A stretch of 64,000 bases of DNA from Hansschlegelia sp. (GTDB lineage: Bacteria; Pseudomonadota; Alphaproteobacteria; Rhizobiales; Methylopilaceae), in NCBI RefSeq assembly GCF_035538955.1, contig NZ_DATLJK010000013.1:159922-223921 (forward strand). Reading direction: 5' to 3'. The notes under the pieces are model-generated. The model was not told the origin of the DNA. It was given only the letters and a program-made list of their open reading frames with translations, and did not search any database. Each line of letters starts with the position of its first letter. Positions within the stretch are counted from its first letter, which is position 1. The translations under genes were made by a program, and so were the position numbers. Positions 1 through 8,358 of the stretch are shown one piece after another.

Positions 1-258
1 GCTCCCTTGGGGCGGCGTGAGCGCCAGGCGAAGGTCCGCAGGAAGGCGGCGAGGCGGACTGCGCCAGGTCGGGCGGCCCGGCGTCCCGATCGGGAGATGG
101 GCCTCGTCTCGGCGCTCAGATCAGTCTGCCGCTCCGATCACTCAGACCAGCCAGCTTTCGGCTGATCTCCGCCCCCTTGTGGCCGCTTTCAGCGTCGACG
201 TTGCGAACCGCTGGCGCCCTCGGGCGCCTCGAGAAGCGCTCGGTGAGGGATAAGGGAA

Positions 259-882
259 ATGATGAAGGCGCGCCTGTTGGTCGCTCTGGTCGCTCTAGCG
301 ACGGTCTCGTCTGCGAGCGCAGAGACAATGAACGGCGCGGCGTCTTCCGCGCTGCACGCGGACAACGCGCGGGTCGATGCCTGTTTCACGCCGGGCGACG
401 CCTGCGACGATATGCTGGGCGACGCTATCGACAAGGCTCAGCGGCAGATCCTTGTCCAGGCGATGTTCTTTTCGAACAAGAAGCTGATGAGAGGATTGGC
501 TAACGCCCATAAGCGCGGGGTGGACGTGAAGATGATCATGTCGATCGGCTCCGAGAAGAAACGAAGCAAAAACTTGTTGTATTTTATGAAACAGGGAATC
601 CCGATTCTGATAGATGCTAATGTAAAGACTCAGCACAACAAGGTAATGATCATTGACAACGCTGAGGTATTTACAGGAAGTTATAATTTTACATATTCTG
701 CTCAAAGAAAGAATGCCGAAAATATGGTGCGCATAACTGATTCTCCCGAGGTCGTTTCCAGTTTTGTCAATAACTGGAAGCGGAGGGCAGCTGCCTCGAG
801 GCCGGTGGATCTAAAAGCCCGCGACGCCGGGAAGAGCGTCGGAGATAGCGACGTCGACACCGAAGAGGACGACGCTGAGTAG
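259..882 (+). CDS. Secreted phospholipase D-family (Nuc-like, single HKD) protein
   Basis: Signal-peptide-like N-terminus (MMKARLLVALVALATVSSASA); HxKxxxxD motif HNKVMIID followed by GSYNFT and NAEN; Nuc-like FTPG motif; acidic C-terminal tail. Confidence 0.9.
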   Translation: MMKARLLVALVALATVSSASAETMNGAASSALHADNARVDACFTPGDACDDMLGDAIDKAQRQILVQAMFFSNKKLMRGLANAHKRGVDVKMIMSIGSEKKRSKNLLYFMKQGIPILIDANVKTQHNKVMIIDNAEVFTGSYNFTYSAQRKNAENMVRITDSPEVVSSFVNNWKRRAAASRPVDLKARDAGKSVGDSDVDTEEDDAE

Positions 883-1121
883 AGGCGGCTGAGGGAGGGT
901 CCGGGCGGTTCTCCCCCGGACGCAGACGCGGCGATGCTTGGCCGCGTCGTCGCGCGGGCGGCGGCTTGGACCGGGCGGCCGACGAGGCGGAGGCCGGAAC
1001 GCCGTCGCTCATGTCGGTGGGGAATCCCGGGCGCGAGCGAGCCAGCGGAAGTCCCGGCACCACATAGGCTGGAGCAGGGCCCTGCGCTGCTGCTCTCCCA
1101 ACTGCAGAGGCGCGCTGCCTC

Positions 1122-2843
1122 CTAAGCGGTCGGGACGGATGCGTCTGGCAGCGCCTCGGTTGAGGTCGGCCGGCTGGGGGCGCGTTTTGCTGCGCAAAGC
1201 TCGTCGACCTTCTGGACCCAGAGCGCGGATATCCGCTTCCGATCGAACTTCTTCACAGAAGCCTCTGCGGTCTTGATGACCTCCAGCAACTTCTCGTCAC
1301 GAGACTCGATCATGGTCATGACCTTGGCCATGGCGGCGGCCAGTTGATCGCGCTTGTTGTCGCGCGCGAGGAACCCCGTCTTGTTATTCTTGATCATGTA
1401 TTTCGCGCCGTACTGCTTGTCATAGCTGACGACCGGGCATCCCGCGACCATCGCTTCAATCAGCACCAGAGGGTGAGCCTCCGCGGCGCTGCCGGTGACG
1501 AAAATCGCTCCTGCGGCCAGAACGGACGTGACCTCGCGATCGAAGCCGCGCAACCTCGCCCGGTCTCCGAGCGCCAGTCTCTCAATCTGCTCCTCCAACT
1601 CGGGCCGTCGTTCGCCCTCGCCGAAAATATCGAGCGACCACTCCGGAAACTGATCCGCGATGAGGCCGAAGGCGTCGATGACGTGACTCATCCGCTTCGT
1701 TCCGACCAGGCGTCCGATTGAGATCAATTTCCGGGTTGCGAAGAACTCCTCCCCGCGACGGATCGGCTCTCCGAGGTCCGCCATGTTCGGTATCGCGAAG
1801 ACGGGCTTCTTCGTCAGCGGCTGAAGAAGCTCGCCGATGAGAGGGTTGACCGTGTGAGCGCCGTCGAAGTTGTTGAGCGCCCAGACGAAATGCTCGTTCG
1901 GCGCGCCTTTCTCCACCATTTCAGGGCGCCGCGGATTGTGGTCTCCGATCACCAGAACGGTCTGAGGGCCCACACTCGCCTTGATGAACGTGTACATGGG
2001 CGAGTCATAATTGGGCACGTAGATGAAATCGAGATCGTGCTCCTTGAAGTATTTGACGAGTTTCTCGTCAGTCGCCTTCGTGACGTTCTTGTTGACGCTC
2101 TGAAATCCACTCTCGCCTGAGCTGCGATCCTCGGCGGCCTGACGATAAGAGCCATCGATGAAGTCGAAGCCGATATTGTCCGGAAATCGGAACTTCGGTT
2201 GCTTGTTGGAGAACCACAGCGCAGTGACGCGGACGTCGTGACCCGCGGTCGCAAGCGCTTCGGCGAGCTGGAACACCGCCTTCGTTTTTCCGCCCCCCCG
2301 GCGAATGTCCGTGACGAGCATCATGATCCGCTTGCCGCTCTTGGTGGGCTTCAGCGAACCGGTCCGGCGATCCAGACGCAGTTCCAGAGCGCCCGCTTCC
2401 GTCCTGTAGAGCATGATCGTGCGGCGGCCGATGTCGGCTCGAAACGGCAAGACGCCTGGCTGGCAGCTGATCGGCAGCGACCGACCGTCCGCCGCCTCCG
2501 CCGATCCGGGGGAGTTCTGATGAGGCGCCGGCCACCGGAGCCTCACATCGGCCCGGAAACTGATTATCCATTCCTTGCGAACGGTTGCGCCGACCGCCCG
2601 GATCGGAACATGGTACACATAGACGTTGCTGGACGGCTGCGACGTAGGAGCGATGTCCTCGAGCTTCCGGGGCTGCTCCTGGTCGGATCCTGGCCTCCAC
2701 GCGATCGAAAATTGGGGCTCGCCCTCAAGATGGGCGGGGGTGCGGATTGTTAACTCGATGGTTTCGTTCGTGAGGCTACACCCTTCAAGCACGGCCTTCT
2801 CATCCGAGGCCATCAGTGCAGGTCGACCTGAAAGAAGCATCAT
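1122..2843 (-). CDS. Glycosyltransferase family 4 (GT-B) with extra N-terminal domain
   Basis: GGG acceptor loop (IRRGGGKTKAV), IGRLVGTKR, FGEGERR and EAHPLVLIEAMVAGCPVV (E-x7-E) GT4 motifs; about 170 aa unassigned N-terminus; start could be 2813. Confidence 0.9.
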   Translation of the reverse strand: MMLLSGRPALMASDEKAVLEGCSLTNETIELTIRTPAHLEGEPQFSIAWRPGSDQEQPRKLEDIAPTSQPSSNVYVYHVPIRAVGATVRKEWIISFRADVRLRWPAPHQNSPGSAEAADGRSLPISCQPGVLPFRADIGRRTIMLYRTEAGALELRLDRRTGSLKPTKSGKRIMMLVTDIRRGGGKTKAVFQLAEALATAGHDVRVTALWFSNKQPKFRFPDNIGFDFIDGSYRQAAEDRSSGESGFQSVNKNVTKATDEKLVKYFKEHDLDFIYVPNYDSPMYTFIKASVGPQTVLVIGDHNPRRPEMVEKGAPNEHFVWALNNFDGAHTVNPLIGELLQPLTKKPVFAIPNMADLGEPIRRGEEFFATRKLISIGRLVGTKRMSHVIDAFGLIADQFPEWSLDIFGEGERRPELEEQIERLALGDRARLRGFDREVTSVLAAGAIFVTGSAAEAHPLVLIEAMVAGCPVVSYDKQYGAKYMIKNNKTGFLARDNKRDQLAAAMAKVMTMIESRDEKLLEVIKTAEASVKKFDRKRISALWVQKVDELCAAKRAPSRPTSTEALPDASVPTA

Positions 2844-3008
2844 GAAGCAACCGTCCTTGAATGCCGGATGGCGAATCTTGCACTTTACCGTCGCGCCAAC
2901 GACATGTCTTGCTAGGCCCTAACTAGTCCCCGCGCCGTCCACCGTGCCATTCGAAGCGGGCGCAGGCTCAGAATCCTCATATCTCTTATACCGTTCCGGG
3001 CCCACCTG

Positions 3009-4307
3009 ATGCCAGATATTTCTTTATTTGAAAGCCGCGTCGAAGCCATCATGAGGCTGCGGCGAGACTTCTTTCCTGACTTGTTTTTCCAGTCCTCGAC
3101 CACGGATGATCCTCTGCGGATCAGACTTCTGGATGAGCCGATCAAGGTGGTCCGGTTCGAGCTCTCCGAGGCTGGCACGCTCCACCTCGGCTCCATGAGC
3201 CTAGAGGATGCTGACGGCAATCTGAGCGACCTTTCCAAGGCCGCGCTTCACACCAGCAGCGTCTATCCCGGCACGGAGAAGGCGCTGAACGCTCGGCTTT
3301 TTTTCGAGAAGCAGTGGGCGCGAGTCGGCTTTCACACCAAGAAGGATCAGTCCCCCTGGGCGGAGGCGCGGCTTGCAGCGCCAGGAACGTACCGGCGTCT
3401 GATCGTCAACAACCGCGGCGGGAAGTGGGCCGCCCGGGCCTGGGCGCTTCGCGTGAAGGTGCAGACCGCCGACGCGCAATGGCGGGAGGTCTATGACCAC
3501 CAGGCGCGCCGGCGCATGTTCGAGGACGTGCTCTCGGCGTCGGTCGGCGGTTATCCGGCGACGTGCCATCAGGCGATCGCCGCTCTTGATCGAATCGTCC
3601 TGGAGGCGCTCGCCGGCGAATTCCGCGGCATGAAGAGAAATTTGCGCGCTGAGCCGGGCGTTTCGCGTCAGGCGAAGGCCGACATACGCAAGGTGGTGAA
3701 CGATCAGATCCTGTTGCCGCGTGAGGTCGAATGGACGACGCATGGCGTCACGCGCTCATTCCGGTTCTGGTCGGCGGAGGAGAAGGTCGAGTATCTCAAG
3801 GACGCCAATCAGCTTGTGGCGGATCTGAGAGACATAACCCCGGACGTTTGTCTTGGTTTTGGGTCTGTTCTCTCGATCGTTCGGGACCGAGACCTGATCC
3901 CGCATGATGATGATCTTGATATCATCATCGCTTTTCCGAAGAGCGTCGCCGCCAAGTTCTCTGAGGGCCTCAAGATTGTTTCAGAGCACCTTTCGGCCCG
4001 AGGCTATTCGGTGAAGGGCAACTATGTGAGCCACCGGCATGTGTCCCTCCGGGGCGCCAAAGCCGTCGACGTGTTCGTCGGGGTCTATGAAGAGGGCGAG
4101 CGCGTGACGTGGTTCCCGGGCCCCAGAGCCGTCTTCAGCCGCAGTGACGTCTTTCCGCCCGTGGATGTCCCGTTGTTCGAGGTGCCCTGCGCTGTTCCGC
4201 GCAACCCGTTCCTTTACCTCGAGAAAATCTACGGCCCGGACTGGGCGGTCCCGAAGCCGCGCTGGCATCACAAGTGGGATAGGGCGAGCATCGCCGACCT
4301 GCTCTGA
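3009..4307 (+). CDS. LicD-family nucleotidyltransferase-fold phosphotransferase
   Basis: [22 protein letters not shown] and [19 protein letters not shown] match LicD/fukutin motifs (GxxLGxxR..IPWDDDxD; YG.DW..P); long unassigned N-terminal region. Confidence 0.85.
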   Translation: MPDISLFESRVEAIMRLRRDFFPDLFFQSSTTDDPLRIRLLDEPIKVVRFELSEAGTLHLGSMSLEDADGNLSDLSKAALHTSSVYPGTEKALNARLFFEKQWARVGFHTKKDQSPWAEARLAAPGTYRRLIVNNRGGKWAARAWALRVKVQTADAQWREVYDHQARRRMFEDVLSASVGGYPATCHQAIAALDRIVLEALAGEFRGMKRNLRAEPGVSRQAKADIRKVVNDQILLPREVEWTTHGVTRSFRFWSAEEKVEYLKDANQLVADLRDITPDVCLGFGSVLSIVRDRDLIPHDDDLDIIIAFPKSVAAKFSEGLKIVSEHLSARGYSVKGNYVSHRHVSLRGAKAVDVFVGVYEEGERVTWFPGPRAVFSRSDVFPPVDVPLFEVPCAVPRNPFLYLEKIYGPDWAVPKPRWHHKWDRASIADLL

Positions 4308-4456
4308 CGGACGCAAGCAGGAGACACGCACCCTGACAGTCCGAAGAGCCTCAAAGCGTCTCGGCCCCGCCAGATCCGGGCGCTTTGATCCTCCGAACTG
4401 CGTCGCAGGCGCAGGACCTTGCGGCGGCAGCCGAACTCCGGCCGCTCTGTCGAAAT

Positions 4457-4533
<77 letters not shown>

Positions 4534-4825
4534 CGAGAGCCGGGCGGAACCTAGCCGAACCGGAGGCGGGGGGCAATCGGGGTCGGCGGTTTGGCTTTCG
4601 ATCGACGCCGCCGCAGCTTCGCTCGCGCGAGAGGCGGCATCTGTGTGCGTTGTGGGCCCAGGGGTGGACGGCGCAAGCGCCCGACGCGTCCGGACGCGCG
4701 CCGCGAGACGGCGGCGAGATTCCTGGTCCGCTCTCCGCTGAGGTTTGACTTGGGGCGCGGCATGCGCTGGCCGTCGGCGGCGGCGCCTCTACAATCCCGG
4801 GGGTCGCCATGGGGACGGTCAGCGC

Positions 4826-5704
4826 ATGAAATTCTCCCTTCTGCTCGCAATCTGCGGCCTCGCAACCTGCGCGCCCGCCGTCGCGCAGGAGAAAGGGGCG
4901 GACTTCCGCTATCGCGGGTGGATCGGAGCGCCGCTTCCGAACGACGCTGACAAGGGATGCGCCATGGCGGCGCAGGCGCGCGGCGGCGTCTTTGTCGCCT
5001 ATGCAAATGCGACAGGCGCTTTCAAGATCGGCGTGGGAGGCGACGACTTCGAATTGGAGCCCGGCAAGGAGACGATCGCGGCCGTTGTTTTCGACGACGG
5101 CCCGCCGATCGTGCTGAAGGGCGTAGCGGCCACCAAGGCGATGGCCTTGTTCGAGCCCATCAACTTTCCGGCGGGCGGCCGGCTGGAGCCTCTGGTCGAA
5201 TCCTCTCGCTCGGTGCGAATGACCTTCGCCGGACGCTATCTGCGGGCGCGGCTCAACGGTTCGTCACGGGCTTTGAGGATGCTGCGAGACTGCGCCACGG
5301 CCCCGCAGCCGGTCGCGCCCTCGGCCGACGCGAACGGGAACGCGGCGAGCGGCCCCGAGGCGGGCGAGCGCGCCGCCGACTTCGGCTTTCTGCGACAGGG
5401 CATGGACGCGACCCAGGCCAACACCCGCCTGCTTGATGCTGGCTGGCAGGTCGAGGAAGCGACCGGAGCGGCGTCGGCCAGCCCAGGCGCACCGAACCCG
5501 CCGCTTGAAGCGCTGCGGGCTCGGGGGATTGCGGCGCAATCCTGCGAAGGCGCGCCGCCCTCCTGCGTCATTGCTTATGCAGACGCTTACGGGAACGCGC
5601 TGCGGGTGACAGCCGTCGGCGAGGAAGATCCAAAAGTGAAGAATTGGCGTTTCAATCCGCCGGATGAGCCAAATGGCGCTGCGTCAGAACCCGATGATCG
5701 GTAG
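4826..5704 (+). CDS. Hypothetical exported two-domain protein
   Basis: ATG 4826 starts a signal peptide (MKFSLLLAICGLATCAPAVA-QE); two compact Cys-containing domains separated by an Ala/Pro linker. Confidence 0.7.
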   Translation: MKFSLLLAICGLATCAPAVAQEKGADFRYRGWIGAPLPNDADKGCAMAAQARGGVFVAYANATGAFKIGVGGDDFELEPGKETIAAVVFDDGPPIVLKGVAATKAMALFEPINFPAGGRLEPLVESSRSVRMTFAGRYLRARLNGSSRALRMLRDCATAPQPVAPSADANGNAASGPEAGERAADFGFLRQGMDATQANTRLLDAGWQVEEATGAASASPGAPNPPLEALRARGIAAQSCEGAPPSCVIAYADAYGNALRVTAVGEEDPKVKNWRFNPPDEPNGAASEPDDR

Positions 5705-5806
5705 CAGAGACCAAGCTCAGCGGCTTCGCCGCGTTCGGGTCCGCCGACCGCTATAGAGGCGACGAAGGGCAGGCGCTCCAGGCTGCGGCGCGCGACAAGC
5801 GCAGCC

Positions 5807-6622
5807 TCACCTCAGCCTGACGGCGATCCCGCCGCTCTTGGCTGTTCGGTCCAGCTGGAACAGCCCTGTGGCCTCCACCAGGTCGCTCAATCGGGCGAAG
5901 CCGTAGTTGCGGGAGTCGAACTCCGGGGCGCGCTTCGCGATGTGGCTGCCGACCGCCCCGAGGCTGGCCCATCCGGTGTCGTCGGCGACCGCCGAGAGGG
6001 CGGAGGTCAACAGCGCGGCGGTGGCGTCGTCGATCCCCTCGCCAGAGCGCTTCAAGGGCGAGGGCGTGGAAGGCGCCTTCGCGGTCCGTCGTGCGGCGGT
6101 CCTCTTCTTCGGCGCTTCGGGCGCCGTCGGTTCAATGGGATCGGGCTCGGCGGGCCTCGCCAGCACGTCGAAGAAGATGAACTTGTCGCAGGCGGTGATG
6201 AACGGCCGCGGCGTCTTGCGCTCGCCGAAGCCATAGACCCGCAGTCCCTGCTCGCGCAGCCTGGACGCCAGTCGGGCGAAATCGCTGTCGCTGGAGACGA
6301 GGCAGAATCCGTCGAACCGGCCAGTGTAGAGCAGGTCCATGCCGTCGATGATCATCGCGCCGTCGGTCGCGTTCTTGCCGGTCGTGTAGGCGAATTGCTG
6401 GATCGGCTGGATCGAGTGCTCCAGCAGGCACGTCTTCCAGCCGCCGAGATTGGGCTTCGTCCAGTCGCCGTAGATCCGCTTGACGCTGGCGGTGCCGTAT
6501 TTCGCGATCTCGGCGAGCAAACCCTCGACGATCTTCGGCGACGCGTTATCGCCATCGATCAGCAATGCGAGGGTGGCGGAGCGGTCTGGGCCGTCCGGCG
6601 GAGGGGAGGAGTTCGGCGTCAT
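5807..6622 (-). CDS. NYN (LabA/DUF88) domain protein with C-terminal OST-HTH/LOTUS domain
   Basis: LIDGDNAS, KNATDGAMIIDGMDL, VSSDSDF (PIN-like acidic residues); C-terminal GWASLGAVGSHIAKRAPEFDSRNYGFARLSDLV is typical of LOTUS. Confidence 0.92.
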   Translation of the reverse strand: MTPNSSPPPDGPDRSATLALLIDGDNASPKIVEGLLAEIAKYGTASVKRIYGDWTKPNLGGWKTCLLEHSIQPIQQFAYTTGKNATDGAMIIDGMDLLYTGRFDGFCLVSSDSDFARLASRLREQGLRVYGFGERKTPRPFITACDKFIFFDVLARPAEPDPIEPTAPEAPKKRTAARRTAKAPSTPSPLKRSGEGIDDATAALLTSALSAVADDTGWASLGAVGSHIAKRAPEFDSRNYGFARLSDLVEATGLFQLDRTAKSGGIAVRLR

Positions 6623-6834
6623 CGCAGAACCCTGCGCCGGCAGGCGAAGGCGCGCAACCGCTCAAGGGGTGGGGACGCGAGCGCGCCGCGTCGGCCTGGT
6701 TCATCGGGCGGTTCGACTTGCCGGCCGCCGGTTCGGCGCGATCTTCACAGCGGCAAGGCCGCTTTGCCGCTCTAAAACAGCGCTATAACGGTCACCGTTC
6801 ACGTGCCTCCGCTTCTTGCTTCGGGTTCATCGAC

Positions 6835-8358
6835 ATGCCTGGCCCCTCAGGATCAGACGACAAGGCCGCGTTTGGCGTTCCCGGTCTCGACGACATCCTC
6901 GTCGGCGGCGTGAGACGCGATCGCCTCTATCTGCTGGAGGGCTCGCCCGGAACCGGCAAGACGACGATCGCGCTGCAATTCCTGCTCGAAGGCGCAGCGC
7001 GCGGCGAGCTCGGCCTCTACATCACGATTTCCGAGACAGAAACGGAACTGCGCGAGACCGCGACGTCGCATGGTTGGTCTATCCCGCCGAACCTCACCGT
7101 CTTCGAACTCGCCCCGCCGGACAGCCTGCTCGACGCCGAGCAGCAGCAGAGCCTGCTCTATTCGTCGGACCTGGAACTCGGCGAGACGGCGCGGATGATC
7201 TTGGAGGCGGTGGAGCGCGTGCGGCCGTCCCGCATCGTCATCGACAGCCTCTCGGAGATCCGCCTGCTCGCCGGCGGATCCCTCCGCTACCGGCGCCAGG
7301 TTCTCGCGCTGAAGCATTATTTCGCAAAGCATGGCGCGACGGTGCTGATGCTCGACGATCTGACAGCCGAGGTCAGCGACAAGACCGTCCACAGCGTCGC
7401 GCATGGCGTGATCCGGCTGGAGGATCTGGCGCTGTCCTATGGGGCGGAGCGACGCAGGCTGAGGGTGGTCAAGTACCGCGGGCAGCGCTATCGCGGCGGC
7501 TACCACGATTTCGCGATCCTGACCGGCGGAGTGACGGTGTTCCCGCGCCTCGTGGCGCTCGAACATAAGACGGAATTCGCGCGCGCGCCGCGCAGCAGCG
7601 GCATCCCCGAGTTCGACGCCCTGCTTGGCGGCGGCGTCGAGAGCGGATCGAGCACGCTGATCCTCGGCCCGACCGGGAGCGGGAAAAGCTTGATCGGAAT
7701 ACAGTTCGTGGCGGCGGCGGTCGCGCGCGGCGAGCGTGGCGCGATGTTCGTCTTCGACGAAGAGCTCGGGCTCCTGTTCGAACGAACCAAGGCGATGGGC
7801 TTCCCGCTGCAGCGCTGGGCCGAAGAGGGCAGCGTCGTCATTGAGCAGGTCGACGCGGCGGAGCTCACGCCTGGCGAATTCGCCCATCGGGTGCGCGCTC
7901 GGGTCGACGCCGGCGAGATCAAGACCGTGGTGATTGACAGCCTGAACGGCTATCAGGCGTCGATGCCCGACGAGCATTCGCTCATTCTGCACATCCATGA
8001 GTTGCTGCAGTATCTCAACCGGCAGGGCGCCTCGACCTATCTGACGCTGGCGCAACATGGGCTCATCGGCGACATGAGATCGCCTGTGGACGTGACCTAC
8101 CTGGCGGACACCGTCGTCCTGCTGCGCTATTTCGAGTCTTCGGGACGCGTGCGTCGGGCGATGTCGGTCGTGAAGAAGCGGACGAGCGCTCACGAAGAAA
8201 CCATTCGCGAGTACCGCATCGGGTCCACTGGCCTGTCCGTGGGAGCGGCGCTTAGAGGGTTTCAGGGCATCCTGCGCGGAACGCCGAGCTATACCGGCAA
8301 GGACGGCGACATGCCCCTCATGGGCGCGGAACCCGAGAGGTCCGGCCCATTTTCGTGA
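6835..8358 (+). CDS. KaiC-like double RecA-fold ATPase
   Basis: Two Walker A motifs (GSPGTGKT, GPTGSGKS), Walker B (IVIDSL, VVIDSL), K-x-R fingers (VVKYRG, VVKKRT); start chosen at ATG 6835 within ORF 6565-8358. Confidence 0.92.
   Translation: MPGPSGSDDKAAFGVPGLDDILVGGVRRDRLYLLEGSPGTGKTTIALQFLLEGAARGELGLYITISETETELRETATSHGWSIPPNLTVFELAPPDSLLDAEQQQSLLYSSDLELGETARMILEAVERVRPSRIVIDSLSEIRLLAGGSLRYRRQVLALKHYFAKHGATVLMLDDLTAEVSDKTVHSVAHGVIRLEDLALSYGAERRRLRVVKYRGQRYRGGYHDFAILTGGVTVFPRLVALEHKTEFARAPRSSGIPEFDALLGGGVESGSSTLILGPTGSGKSLIGIQFVAAAVARGERGAMFVFDEELGLLFERTKAMGFPLQRWAEEGSVVIEQVDAAELTPGEFAHRVRARVDAGEIKTVVIDSLNGYQASMPDEHSLILHIHELLQYLNRQGASTYLTLAQHGLIGDMRSPVDVTYLADTVVLLRYFESSGRVRRAMSVVKKRTSAHEETIREYRIGSTGLSVGAALRGFQGILRGTPSYTGKDGDMPLMGAEPERSGPFS

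Noticed and set aside
259-882. PLD gene as an anti-phage component (DISARM drmC or restriction-type PLD)
   Set aside because: It has a signal peptide, and no helicase, methylase or other defence partners are adjacent in the window.
4308-4456. Integrase or prophage at the tRNA
   Set aside because: No integrase, transposase or phage gene in the window; only the compositional island inference is kept.
6835-8358. Circadian clock (kaiC proper)
   Set aside because: No kaiA or kaiB nearby and the canonical ST phosphosite pair is replaced by TY; no gene symbol assigned.
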